64,000 nucleotides of DNA from positions 384,001-448,000 of the forward strand of contig JBEKVV010000001.1 in NCBI GenBank assembly GCA_049513715.1. Direction: 5' to 3'. A program made the translations under genes and the position numbers. This DNA is from Candidatus Bathyarchaeia archaeon (lineage in GTDB: Archaea; Thermoproteota; Bathyarchaeia; 40CM-2-53-6). Position 1 is the first letter of the stretch. Every line of letters starts with the position of its first letter. Positions 27,421-37,246 of this stretch are shown one piece after another. The notes below the pieces were generated by a model, which saw only the letters and a list, made by a program, of their open reading frames with translations, was not told where the DNA came from and made no database searches.

Positions 27421-28842
27421 ATGGTCCGTTTCATAGAGCTCTTCAAACCCATAGCCAGGTTTTTCCCCGACATTAAATCGCCGGAACGGAAAGTAGGCTT
27501 CAACGAGAAAATCTTCTGGACCGCGATGGCGCTCATAATTTACTTCGTAATGTCCCAAGTGCCCCTCTATGGGATTGGGAATGCAGGCCTGAATGACCCC
27601 CTGGGGTCGTTGAGGGTGATTTTCGCTTCAAACCGTGGGACACTGATGGAGCTTGGTATAGGCCCCATCGTCACGGCCGGGTTGATTCTGCAGGTTTTGG
27701 CAGGGTCCAAGATGGTTAACATTGATATGACTAATCCCGAGGACCGTTCGCTCTTCACGAGCGCAAGCAAGATACTCTCAGTGGTTATGACGATCTTCGA
27801 AGCCTCAGCATACATAATCGGCGGCACTTACGGCACACTTGCGGTTACAACGGAAATGATCATCATGCTCCAACTTGTGGGAGCGGGAATTGTGGTTCTT
27901 TTACTCGACGAACTCTTGCAAAAGGGCTGGGGACTTGGCAGCGGTATCAGCCTCTTCATTGCCGCTGGTGTCGCCGCCTCTATCTGGTGGGATTCAGTCG
28001 CACCGATGGGCCCAATGTCAGACGGAAAATACCTCGGCGCATTGGTGGCCTTCGGGCAGGGCTTGGCGAACAGGAGTGGCTCCATTACGAGCATCTTCTA
28101 CAGAACGGGAGGGCTTCCTGACATGGTTGCCTTCACAACCACCCTCGGTGTATTCGCAATCATCATCTACTTCAACGGAATGCGTGTCGAGATTCCTGTT
28201 TCGTATGCAAGGTACCGTGGCTTTCGCGGAAAGTTCCCCCTGAAGCTCTTCTACGTTTCGAACATACCCGTAATCTTCGCGGCCGCCCTTTTCGGAAACA
28301 TCTACTTCATCTCGCAAATCCTATGGCAGCGCTACAACAGTAGCAACTCAAACTTCTGGTTCAACCTGTTAGGCCAGTTCACAACCCAAGGGAACCAATA
28401 CCAACCATCCGGCGGGCTAGTGTACTATGTGGTCCCACCTAGGAGCCTTTCCTTAGCCATGGCGGACCCGCTCAGAGACATAATCTACCTGGTACTGCTC
28501 GTGATGGGTTGTGTCTTCTTCGCAGTCACATGGGTTGAGGTCGGCGGCATGGATTCAAGGACAGTCGCCAAGCAATTGCTCGACTCGGGAATGCAGATTG
28601 AAGGCTTCAGGCGCTCAGAAGTCCCCATAAGGCAAATGCTTCAGCGATACATTCCAACCGTCACGATCCTCGGTGGGATACTAATCGGACTGATTGCGGG
28701 CACCGCAGATTTTCTTGGAGCCTTTGGCTCCGGAACAGGAATACTGCTCACAGTCGGCATAATCGAACAGTACTACCAAATTTTCGTGCAAGAGCGAATA
28801 ACCGAACTCTACCCTGCTGCCAAGGGCTTCTTGGGTGGGTAA
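27421..28842 (+). CDS. secY: Preprotein translocase subunit SecY (Sec61 alpha)
   Basis: GTLMELGIGPIVTAG, GLGSGISLFIA, KLFYVSNIPVI, GTGILLTV. Confidence 0.98.
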   Translation: MVRFIELFKPIARFFPDIKSPERKVGFNEKIFWTAMALIIYFVMSQVPLYGIGNAGLNDPLGSLRVIFASNRGTLMELGIGPIVTAGLILQVLAGSKMVNIDMTNPEDRSLFTSASKILSVVMTIFEASAYIIGGTYGTLAVTTEMIIMLQLVGAGIVVLLLDELLQKGWGLGSGISLFIAAGVAASIWWDSVAPMGPMSDGKYLGALVAFGQGLANRSGSITSIFYRTGGLPDMVAFTTTLGVFAIIIYFNGMRVEIPVSYARYRGFRGKFPLKLFYVSNIPVIFAAALFGNIYFISQILWQRYNSSNSNFWFNLLGQFTTQGNQYQPSGGLVYYVVPPRSLSLAMADPLRDIIYLVLLVMGCVFFAVTWVEVGGMDSRTVAKQLLDSGMQIEGFRRSEVPIRQMLQRYIPTVTILGGILIGLIAGTADFLGAFGSGTGILLTVGIIEQYYQIFVQERITELYPAAKGFLGG

Positions 28843-28857
28843 GCTCTGGTAAAGACG

Positions 28858-29442
28858 GTGGTCGTAACCGGAATCCCCGGCGTCGGGAAAACCACCGTCC
28901 TCAACGAACTGCAAGAACTTGCGCGACAGAACAACTTCGACTTGGCGGTTTTGAACTTCGGAACCGTCATGACTGAAATAATGCGTGAGCTTGGGAAGAA
29001 TATGCACAGGGACGAAATGCGCCAACAAACCATCGAAGCCCAGAAGAAAACTCAAGACCTTGCGGCGCACGAGATCATGAACCGGGGAGGAGCGAGCCCA
29101 ATATTGATTGATACCCATATGTTCGTTCGGACGTCGTCGGGAATGTGGGCCGGACTGCCGCAGAACGTCCTCGACATAATCAAACCGCAATTGTTTGTAC
29201 TTATCGAGGCAAATCCCGAACACATCGCCGCGCGGCGCCGGGGTGATTTGGGCAGAAAGAGAGAACAGTCGTTGGCGGAGGAAATAGCGTTCGATTTGGA
29301 GTGGTCGAGGGCAACGGCTGCCGTCTCAGCAGTCGAAACGGGGGCACCTGTTAAGGTTATAAGAAATGATACAGGTAGGCAGAAGCAAGCGGCGCTGGAA
29401 CTGTTACAGGCGGTACGCAACTTAATGGAGATTCAAAAATGA
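28858..29442 (+). CDS. adk: Adenylate kinase (archaeal type)
   Basis: P-loop GIPGVGKTT, RDEMR, IDTH; possible CTG start at 28846. Confidence 0.93.
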   Translation: MVVTGIPGVGKTTVLNELQELARQNNFDLAVLNFGTVMTEIMRELGKNMHRDEMRQQTIEAQKKTQDLAAHEIMNRGGASPILIDTHMFVRTSSGMWAGLPQNVLDIIKPQLFVLIEANPEHIAARRRGDLGRKREQSLAEEIAFDLEWSRATAAVSAVETGAPVKVIRNDTGRQKQAALELLQAVRNLMEIQK

Positions 29443-29978
29443 GCCTATGGGACGACCTCGTTAACTGGGTAAAGATTGCATTAACCCCCTACATAGGACA
29501 ACCACCTCATACGCCTGAGGCAACCCTCTTTACGATTGGACTCGCCGCGCTACTCGCATTGACCTCATCCACGGCCGCAAAGCTGCTAGTGGACTATGAC
29601 ATGGTGAAGACTTCCATGCGTGAGTTTCAGGCTTGGCGAAAACAACTAGATGCCGCCAAGAAAGCCAACGACAACCAGACAGTCTCAAAACTCATGAAGA
29701 AGCAGCAAGCCATGACGAAAGCCCAGGCCAAGGCAAGCATGGAGCAATTCAAAGTCACCGCAGTGACTTTTGTTCCATTCCTTCTTCTCTGGTACATCAT
29801 GCAGGCAGTGATGAGTGTGCCTGGAGGAGTAGTCTACGTAGCCTATTCGCCCTTCCCGCTGCCGCTGATCGGAGGCGACGGCATGAAAATGGTCTTTTGG
29901 CAATGGTATTTCCTATCCTCATTCGGGATCAATTTCCCAATGATGAGGCTTTTCGGCATAGGAATGGGTGAAAATTAG
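29439..29978 (+). CDS. EMC3/TMCO1 (DUF106, Oxa1 superfamily) membrane protein
   Basis: TM, coiled coil, TM, then WYFLSSF; conserved slot after adk. Confidence 0.88.
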   Translation: MSLWDDLVNWVKIALTPYIGQPPHTPEATLFTIGLAALLALTSSTAAKLLVDYDMVKTSMREFQAWRKQLDAAKKANDNQTVSKLMKKQQAMTKAQAKASMEQFKVTAVTFVPFLLLWYIMQAVMSVPGGVVYVAYSPFPLPLIGGDGMKMVFWQWYFLSSFGINFPMMRLFGIGMGEN

Positions 29979-30239
29979 GTGCCAAAGCGTTCTCTACGAA
30001 GCCGGACCATGAAACGGAAAACCATCCGTTTTCCAGGAGGAAGGTCGTCAACGCACTACTGGAGGAGTAGGCATGGTGGCGGCAATTGCACGTCTTGCGG
30101 AGTACCACTACGTGGCGTGCCTTCGGGTTCAAAACACGGTGTTGCAAAATCGTCGAGGCGACCGTCAAGAGCGTTCGGCGGTTTCCTGTGCGCCAATTGC
30201 CTTAAGGAAAGAGTCCGGCACCAGGCCAGAGTCGGATAG
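29979..30239 (+). CDS. rpl34e: 50S ribosomal protein eL34
   Basis: PGGR, CTSCG-PLRGV, RPSRAFGGFLCANC. Confidence 0.92.
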   Translation: MPKRSLRSRTMKRKTIRFPGGRSSTHYWRSRHGGGNCTSCGVPLRGVPSGSKHGVAKSSRRPSRAFGGFLCANCLKERVRHQARVG

Positions 30240-30247
30240 GGTTCTCC

Positions 30248-30820
30248 TTGCCGGGGCCCGTGATCACCGTCGGTGGCCCCCATGGAACAGGCAAATCCAC
30301 TTACGCCCGGGCACTGGCTGAAGCACTAGAACTACGGTACGTGTGCGCCGGAGAACTCTTCCGAGAGCTAGCGAAAGAAAAAAAGATGAGCCTCGAAGAC
30401 TTCAACGCCTTAGCAGCCGAAGACCCAACCATTGACAGAATAATCGATGAAAGGACCAAGACAGAGGCTAAGCAGGGAGGGGTAGTCGTTGACGCCCAAC
30501 TCGCCGCATGGATGGTGAAAGACCTCGCAACACTGAAACTTCTTCTGACCGCGCCGGACAATGTGAGGTTCAAGCGAATCGCGGACCGAGATCGAACAAC
30601 ATTGGCTGTGGCCCGTAAGGAAACCTTGACCCGTGAGTCGATTCAGAGACACCGATACAACGAGTACTATGGGATAAACACTGATGACCTGACCATATAC
30701 GACCTCAAGATTGACACAAGCCTTTACCCCAAAGAAAAGACAAAACACGTCGTCATTGACTCGGTCCGGAAGGCTCTGGACGGAATTAACGAAGGAAAGC
30801 CTGGGCATCAAATCGGTTAG
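30248..30820 (+). CDS. cmk: Cytidylate kinase (archaeal)
   Basis: GPHGTGKST, GELFRELAKE, YYGIN...IYDLKIDT. Confidence 0.92.
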   Translation: MPGPVITVGGPHGTGKSTYARALAEALELRYVCAGELFRELAKEKKMSLEDFNALAAEDPTIDRIIDERTKTEAKQGGVVVDAQLAAWMVKDLATLKLLLTAPDNVRFKRIADRDRTTLAVARKETLTRESIQRHRYNEYYGINTDDLTIYDLKIDTSLYPKEKTKHVVIDSVRKALDGINEGKPGHQIG

Positions 30821-30872
30821 ACTTAATTAGTGCGCGGAATTCTAAGGCGGCAGACTACCCGCGTGATAAAAG

Positions 30873-31169
30873 ATGCCAAGCATAGAAGTTGGAAGAATCT
30901 GCGTCAAGCTATTGGGCCGGGAAACCGGAAAGAAATGCGTAGTTGTAGATATGGTCGACAAGAACTTCGCCCTAGTCACAGGGCCGAAGGGCGTGACGGG
31001 AGTTAGGCGAAGAAGAACCAATGTGGACCACTTGGAACCGACACCTGAGATGGTGGAATTGAAGAAAGGCGCGCCAGACGACGAAGTCGAAAAGGCCTTA
31101 ACCAAAGCGAAGAAAACGAAATTCATGAAAGAAGACGCACTGCCCGCACAACAAGCCATCGCAAGCTGA
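30873..31169 (+). CDS. rpl14e: 50S ribosomal protein eL14
   Basis: IEVGRICVKLLGRETGKKCVVVD. Confidence 0.95.
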   Translation: MPSIEVGRICVKLLGRETGKKCVVVDMVDKNFALVTGPKGVTGVRRRRTNVDHLEPTPEMVELKKGAPDDEVEKALTKAKKTKFMKEDALPAQQAIAS

Positions 31170-31309
31170 TTACAAGAAGCCCCCTCTGAATTTGCGGGGC
31201 CTCGCCGCTCCCGACGAATTTACCCTTTTCAAGAAAGTCGACTTCTTCTACTTAATAGCCGGAAAACCCCTTCAAGCCAGTGCGAGGTGAGCAGAGATTG
31301 CAGACTGCG

Positions 31310-32309
31310 TTGCCGTGGACGATTACAAGGGAACTCGTCACGAAGGTAGATGATGATTCTACTGACGCGAGGTATGGTTGTCGACCTGAGAGCAGAACGA
31401 TCTCACAGCAAATCAAATACGGAATCATAAATCTCGACAAACCTGGAGGGCCCTCAAGCCACGAAGTAGTTGCGTGGATCAAGCGCATGATGAAGCTGTC
31501 GCACGCCGGTCACGGTGGAACCCTAGAGACAGTAATGTCGGGGTAATCCGAAAGTCACCGGCGTACTTCCAGTGGCGCTCGAAGACGCAACAAAAGTCGT
31601 GCAAGGCTTTCTCTACTCGGGAAAGCAGTACGTTTGCGTTATGCAAGTGCATGCGGACGTGCCCGAGCAGACCCTCCGCAAAGTCCTAAGCGAATTCGAA
31701 GGCGAGATCTACCAAAAGCCACCTCTCAGGGCCTCGGTGAAAAGAGAACCAAGAAAACGCTACATCTACCGACTAGAAGTGCATGAAATCGACGGCCGTC
31801 AAGTCCTCTTCACGTGCTCATGCCAAGCGGGGACTTACATCAGAAAACTCTGTTCAGACATTGGCGAAGTACTTGCGTGTGGAGCCCACATGCGCGAACT
31901 CAGAAGAACACGCGCAGGCCCGCTTTCGGAAAATGATGGAATAGTGACTATGCACGAGCTCAGCGCAGCCCAATCTGAATTCGAGGCCGGCAACGACGCA
32001 CATCTCCGCGCCATAATCAAACCGATGGAAATCGCGCTGACTGCCCTCCCAAAGGTTGTGCTGCGCGATTCAGCTGTCGACGCAGTTTGTCATGGAGCTG
32101 AGTTAGCAGTTCCCGGCGTCGTCAAACTCGATTCCTCAATAGAGAAAAGCAAACCAGTTGCAATGTTCACCCTCAAAGGCGAAGCGGTCGCAATAGGAAA
32201 GGCACTCATGACCACGAGGGAGATCTTGGATCAAGAGAAAGGCGCAGCGGTAAGGACCGAGCGAGTCCTGATGGAAAGGAGTACTTACCCCGCTTTGTGG
32301 AAACACTGA
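31310..32309 (+). CDS. cbf5: Cbf5 RNA-guided pseudouridine synthase, split by a 19-nt intron (join 31310-31526,31546-32309)
   Basis: DKPGGPSSHEV; splicing restores GHGGTLDPKVTGVLP; GTYIRKLC, C-terminal PUA domain; start may be the GTG at 31280. Confidence 0.93.
31527..31545 (+). other. BHB-type mRNA intron in cbf5
   Basis: CCCT-AG^A-GACA-GTAA-TGTC-GGGG-TA^A: 4-bp central helix, two 3-nt bulges, GNRA-capped hairpin. Confidence 0.88.
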
Positions 32310-32361
32310 CACGACCTGCGAACAGGCTTTAAGTGCGGTTAGGAATTCTGGACAAATCGGT

Positions 32362-32479
32362 GCCGGGGTTCCCTAGCCTGGTAAGGGGCAGATTCAATGA
32401 AGCCCAAGCCTGGAATTAGGAAACCGTTAGCCTGTGGTCCTTTGGGGCCACGAGGGTTCAAATCCCTCTCCCGGCGCCA
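32362..32479 (+). tRNA. tRNA-Ser(GGA) with two introns (32392-32407 at 29/30; 32416-32428 at 37/38)
   Basis: GCCGGGG/TCCCGGC acceptor stem, CAGGC/GCCTG anticodon stem after splicing, long variable arm, GGTTCAAATCC, CCA. Confidence 0.88.
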
Positions 32480-32702
32480 TTCCCGAACTCTTATGTCGAA
32501 ACAGTCTTGCAATGCCAAGAATCGGGCTCACAATCCAAACCAATCAAAGTCCGGCTGTCGTTAAGCATCCAGACTAGACGCTGATCAGAAGTGAAATGGA
32601 GCCATTTCGAAACCTGAAAAGGCATCATTTCGCTCGCGAATAGGCACCATTTCAACCCACACGGGCCAGGTGCATCGTCTGTGGCCCGTTTTCCCTACTT
32701 TT

Positions 32703-35069
32703 TCATGCCGTTTTTCTGACGAATCGGTCGTATGCTCGTAATCTTTCAAGGCCAGCTTTGATTCCCATTTCTGCTTCAGGCATCTTGTGCTCGTCAAAGA
32801 AATCCTCAACCTCCTGAACTTTGCCGATTCCCAAGATGGGAATTAGGGATAGGAATACACCTGAGAGGGTTCCAGTACTTCGATAGAGCTCCTGAAGCTT
32901 CACTATGTTGGACTGCAGCCAGGTCCAGGCTACGTCCTTAGCTTGGGGCTTCTCGGTGGCCGCATAAATCGCCGAGATAACGTCTTGCCTTTTGACCTCG
33001 CCACTCAAAGCAAAGTCTAGCGTTCTTTGTACCAGTCCGATGTTGGCAAAGGCTGTCATCGCGGTAAGAAACCTGACTTTGTCTTCGTCTGAGCTGCTTC
33101 CTCGGTACGCTGCCGCGAGTTTGTCGAAGTCGTTCGCCGATCTAGCGTAAGCCAAGGTTACGGCTTGTTTCATATCCGGCGGCACTTTCGCGTAGTTCTT
33201 GAATTCACCGCCCAACTTGGACGCGTAGCCTTCGTCGATTAATGCCAGTCTTCCGGCTGCTTTGCCTTGGAGTATCAAGCTGTTCTGGTCAGTTTTCTTC
33301 TCTAGTGATTCCAGCAGCGACCGATGGAACTCTTTTGAAATTTCGATGATCTTGGAAGGAATCATAGCATATAATGATGCCAGCTGGTCCGAAACTTCTC
33401 CGGCGGGGAGAGGCTCGTCTTCTTTACCGAACTTCTTGATCAGTGTGAGGTACTCTTTGAACGCCATTTTTCCAGAAAGGAGAAACAAGAATGCGTCGAA
33501 TGCTATCCCCCACCTGTCGAAGGGTGAGAGCTTGCTCTGCCAGAGAAACTCGTCGAGGCCAACATAGCGAACTGGGTAGAAACCGGTGCGGTCAGGGTTT
33601 ATTCTCAAAGACTTTAGGCCTCTTGTTTCAATGGTCTGCTCCGCCGTTTCCATGAGGATGGTCTTTCTTTCGCCGTTCACCTCGATTATGATTGGAATCG
33701 GCCACGGGTTGCCTTCGGAATCGCCGGACATGAGAAATCTTTCTTGTCGGAGGATCAGCTTTCCCTCACGCAATGAAGCGGTCACAGCGGGGTATCCGGG
33801 TTGCTGTATCCAACTTGACATTATTTTCTTCACTTGCTTGCCAGATGCATCTTCGAGCGCGGACCAGAGGTCATTTCCAGTGGCGTTGGAGTAGGCGTGC
33901 GCGGAGAGGTAGCGTCGGACGCCTTCTCGAAATGCTTCCTCTCCAATGTACGCCTCGATCATTTGGAGTACGTGAGCACCTTTGCCGTAGCTGATAGCGT
34001 CGAAGATTTGCTCGATCTCGTCCGGCGAGCTTACTTTGACCTCGATGGGGTGCGTGTTCTTCAGACAGTCCCTACCCAGGGCGCCGGCGAGGGTTTCAAC
34101 TCTTGGTTCTCCGTTGAAGAAGTTATTCCAAATTTCCCAGTTCGGGTGGATCGAGTGGACCGCTTTGTACGCCATCAATGTTGCAAAGCTCTCGTTCAGC
34201 CAGATGTCGTTCCACCACTTCATGGTGACCAGGTCTCCGAACCACTGGTGAGCTATCTCGTGAGCGATGGCGAGCGAGATTTGCATTCTAGTCTTCGTGC
34301 TAGTGTTGGAATCGACAAGTAATCGCACTTCGCGGAAAGTGATCGCCCCCCAGTTTTCCATCGCTCCCATCGCAAACTCGGGGACGGCGATCAGGTGGAG
34401 CTTTGGAAGCATGTACGGTAGGCTGTAGTACGAATTGAAGAACTGGATTGCTTTCTTGGCCTCATCTTGGGCGAATTTGCCCAGTCTGGCCTTCCCAGGA
34501 GTCGTTGCCAAAACAATTTCGGTTTGCCCGAGTTTTTCTGTTAGCGCTTCAAATTTGCCGACCCCAAGGTACAGGAGATAGGTCGACATTTGCGGAGTCT
34601 TCTGAAATGTAACCACCTTCCTTTCCCCGTCGGCGCGCACAGACTCGATGGGCATGTTCGAAATCGCTTCTAGATCCTTGTCTATTCTCACTGCCACTTT
34701 GAACTCGGCTTTGAGGTCGGGCCGGTCGATGCAAGGTAGCATTCGTCTTGCCTGAGCTGCCTCGAAATGCGTGGTCACAATGTGGGTGTGGTCGTAAGGC
34801 GCCTTGTATATCCCTGCTAAGGAATCGGGGATCGTTCCTGCATAATCCACTTCTAATGTGCCGTCAAACGGCCCTGTTTCGGTGATTAGTTCTTCCCCGT
34901 TCTGCCTGAACCGAAAATCACTCTTACCTGAATTCACACGAAGAATTTCCAGCCCAACAGAATTCAGAACCACATCTTGTTCTGTTTTCAGTTTGATTAG
35001 CAGTCTTCCTTTGAATTTCAACTCATCAAAATCTAGGTCGATAAACAAATCGTAGCTTATGACTTGCAC
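32703..35069 (-). CDS. M1 family aminopeptidase (tricorn interacting factor F2/F3-like)
   Basis: GAMENWG, HEIAHQWFG...WLNESFA, SYGKG. Confidence 0.95.
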   Translation of the reverse strand: MQVISYDLFIDLDFDELKFKGRLLIKLKTEQDVVLNSVGLEILRVNSGKSDFRFRQNGEELITETGPFDGTLEVDYAGTIPDSLAGIYKAPYDHTHIVTTHFEAAQARRMLPCIDRPDLKAEFKVAVRIDKDLEAISNMPIESVRADGERKVVTFQKTPQMSTYLLYLGVGKFEALTEKLGQTEIVLATTPGKARLGKFAQDEAKKAIQFFNSYYSLPYMLPKLHLIAVPEFAMGAMENWGAITFREVRLLVDSNTSTKTRMQISLAIAHEIAHQWFGDLVTMKWWNDIWLNESFATLMAYKAVHSIHPNWEIWNNFFNGEPRVETLAGALGRDCLKNTHPIEVKVSSPDEIEQIFDAISYGKGAHVLQMIEAYIGEEAFREGVRRYLSAHAYSNATGNDLWSALEDASGKQVKKIMSSWIQQPGYPAVTASLREGKLILRQERFLMSGDSEGNPWPIPIIIEVNGERKTILMETAEQTIETRGLKSLRINPDRTGFYPVRYVGLDEFLWQSKLSPFDRWGIAFDAFLFLLSGKMAFKEYLTLIKKFGKEDEPLPAGEVSDQLASLYAMIPSKIIEISKEFHRSLLESLEKKTDQNSLILQGKAAGRLALIDEGYASKLGGEFKNYAKVPPDMKQAVTLAYARSANDFDKLAAAYRGSSSDEDKVRFLTAMTAFANIGLVQRTLDFALSGEVKRQDVISAIYAATEKPQAKDVAWTWLQSNIVKLQELYRSTGTLSGVFLSLIPILGIGKVQEVEDFFDEHKMPEAEMGIKAGLERLRAYDRFVRKTA

Positions 35070-35298
35070 AGTGTAACTCCCAGGCGCCAGTAAGAGCGCG
35101 CCAGACCTAGGTAATGTTTTCCGAATACGACTGAGCTCTGGCTGGGGCTTGTCTTTCGTCTTTTCATGTGTACGTCTGACAGCGCCTTATCGACTCATAT
35201 GAGTCTGTGCTGGTGCTATTGAAGTGCCGAGTAAGTTCGGCAAGCCTTTTAATACGGACCTGTCTTTTCGGCTACTTCGCATTCGGAGTAAAGCCCAC

Positions 35299-35796
35299 AT
35301 GTCAAGGGAGTTTAGGCAAATCCTTCGTGTCGCGGGAACGAGCATAGATGGCACGAAGAAGCTCATCTATGGTCTGGGGAAGATTCGAGGCGTGGGCCCC
35401 AGCTATGCCGCTGCAGTTGTCAGAGCGTCCGAGTTGAAACCGGAATTGAGAATGGGCGACCTCTCGGAGGGAGAGGTTCAAAAGTTAGAAGATGTGATGA
35501 AGGATCCCGCGAAATATGGTTTGCCGGCACGTTTGTTCAATAGAAAGAAGGGGATTGAGAGTGGCCGTGATGTTCACTTGATCGGTCCCGACTTGGCTTT
35601 GAGTCAGAAGTCCGATATCGATTTCATGACAGACATCAGAACGTGGAAGGGTATTCGGCATTCGCTTGGCTTGAAGGTTCGTGGGCAAAGAACGCGCACC
35701 ACAGGCCGGAAAGGACGCGCAGTGGGTGTCGCCAAGAAGGTCATCATGGAAGCGGCTAGGGCTGCTGCAGCCTCCGCGGAGAAGGAGAAGAAGTAG
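35299..35796 (+). CDS. rps13: 30S ribosomal protein uS13
   Basis: KIRGVG, GIRHSLGLKVRGQRTRTTGR. Confidence 0.97.
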   Translation: MSREFRQILRVAGTSIDGTKKLIYGLGKIRGVGPSYAAAVVRASELKPELRMGDLSEGEVQKLEDVMKDPAKYGLPARLFNRKKGIESGRDVHLIGPDLALSQKSDIDFMTDIRTWKGIRHSLGLKVRGQRTRTTGRKGRAVGVAKKVIMEAARAAAASAEKEKK

Positions 35797-35807
35797 AGGC
35801 CTGAGCG

Positions 35808-36359
35808 TTGGGCGATCCGAAGAAGCAAAGGAAAACCTACGAAACGCCGAGGCATCCATGGCGCCGAGACCAACTGGAGGTTGAACTCCATCTGCTCGGT
35901 GAGTATGGCTTGCGAAACAAACGGGAGCTATGGCGGTACAAAACAATGCTCTCAAAAGTCAGAGGCATTGCCAGGTCTCTGCTTGGAACCGGAGAAGAGG
36001 AGCGAAGTCGCATTGAACGGGAGTACTTGTCTAAGCTAGGCAGAATCGGTGTTCTTTCCGGATCCGCTTCAATCGACGAAGTTCTAGACTTGCAAATTCG
36101 AGACCTTCTTGAGCGCAGGCTTCAAACCATGGTATTCAGGCGGGGGCTCGCAAAGAGTCTACACCAAGCCCGTCAATTGGTTTCGCACGGCCACATCGAG
36201 GTTGCAGGACGTGTTATTTCGGTTCCAGGGTATATGGTGACTCGGGACGAAGAGGAGAAGTTGAAGTACTTCGAACACAGCCCAATCGCCAAGAGCGACC
36301 ATCCTGTAAGAAAGATTGCGGCCGCAACTGCCGCAGGGCAACAAGTCCAACAAACCTGA
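35808..36359 (+). CDS. rps4: 30S ribosomal protein uS4
   Basis: MGDPKK, YGLRNKRELWR, LERRLQT, QARQLVSHGHI. Confidence 0.97.
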   Translation: MGDPKKQRKTYETPRHPWRRDQLEVELHLLGEYGLRNKRELWRYKTMLSKVRGIARSLLGTGEEERSRIEREYLSKLGRIGVLSGSASIDEVLDLQIRDLLERRLQTMVFRRGLAKSLHQARQLVSHGHIEVAGRVISVPGYMVTRDEEEKLKYFEHSPIAKSDHPVRKIAAATAAGQQVQQT

Positions 36360-36387
36360 ATCTAGGAATCCATCGCATCCGACCGTT

Positions 36388-36431
36388 GAAATGGTGTTAC
36401 TTTCTACACGAAATGGGATTTCTTTCTACAC
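36388..36431. repeat. Two-copy 22-bp tandem repeat
   Basis: GAAATGGTGTTACTTTCTACAC / GAAATGGGATTTCTTTCTACAC (19/22 identical). Confidence 0.7.
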
Positions 36432-36473
36432 TAAGAGGGCTCACTTAACATAACCGCCGTGGCAGGCCCAAGC

Positions 36474-36887
36474 CTATCTTGGCCTACTGCGCATCACTAG
36501 GAAAAGGACTACTGCAAGGACTGTAAGCCCAGCTGCCACCGCAATCAGGGGTAACGAGTAACTGCCACTCGCAAGGATAATCGGAATTGGGCCAACCAAA
36601 ATTATCACCCCGCTACTTACGCCATTCATGTTCGTGAGCGAACCAAACGACATCAGCAGAATACCGACGAAGATTGATGCGAAAGCGATGAAGAAGAGCA
36701 ATGACACCCATGAAAACTGTAAAGGCATAGACTCGGTCTGCGGCGCCGGAGGCCTCGTCTTTCCGAGGCAGTTGGTACATGACCATTCAGGGCTGCTAAA
36801 GCAATTGCCGCATACAGCTCGTCCGCAACTTTGACAAACGTATGAGGCTGCTCTCTGGCCGCACATTGCGCAGGCTGGTGCAGACAA
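36474..36887 (-). CDS. Zinc-finger plus DUF131-like membrane protein
   Basis: Four CxxC pairs followed by TM helices and GVIILVGPIPII. Confidence 0.75.
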   Translation of the reverse strand: MSAPACAMCGQRAASYVCQSCGRAVCGNCFSSPEWSCTNCLGKTRPPAPQTESMPLQFSWVSLLFFIAFASIFVGILLMSFGSLTNMNGVSSGVIILVGPIPIILASGSYSLPLIAVAAGLTVLAVVLFLVMRSRPR

Positions 36888-36893
36888 GTTTCC

Positions 36894-37181
36894 TCACCGG
36901 TTCATTAGCAAGTTGGGGAGGAGAATAAAAGCGAGCATGAGCGCCATCAAAACGATTGCAAGAACCAACAAAGCCTTCGTCGACCCGCGGTCTGAGCCGA
37001 AAACTATCGGAATGGGGCCGATTAATAACACGCCGCCTCCACGTGTCTCACTCATACCATGTCGGCCTCTGATCGCCAAGATGAACACGGCCGCAATTGC
37101 GAGTATGACCCCAAAGATTACGAGTATGACCCCGATCTCCGCGAGAGAAATCTCGTTCAAGGTTTTTTCACCCAGTTCCAA
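36894..37181 (-). CDS. DUF131 (TIGR00304) family membrane protein
   Basis: GGGVLLIGPIPIVFGSD. Confidence 0.85.
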   Translation of the reverse strand: MELGEKTLNEISLAEIGVILVIFGVILAIAAVFILAIRGRHGMSETRGGGVLLIGPIPIVFGSDRGSTKALLVLAIVLMALMLAFILLPNLLMNR

Positions 37182-37239
37182 TTTCAGTTCGCGGGTTTTA
37201 ACTCTTCGACGTGATTTTGTTCGGACAGACTCGTAATGG

Positions 37240-37246
37240 TTTATAA
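37240..37246. promoter_or_regulatory. Putative TATA box in the divergent DUF131/rpoD intergenic region
   Basis: TTTATAA. Confidence 0.5.

Noticed and set aside
31280..32309. cbf5 as a frameshifted pseudogene or two genes
   Set aside because: A 19-nt BHB intron explains the break and restores the catalytic motif exactly
36388..36431. CRISPR array
   Set aside because: Only two abutting copies, no spacers, no cas genes in the window
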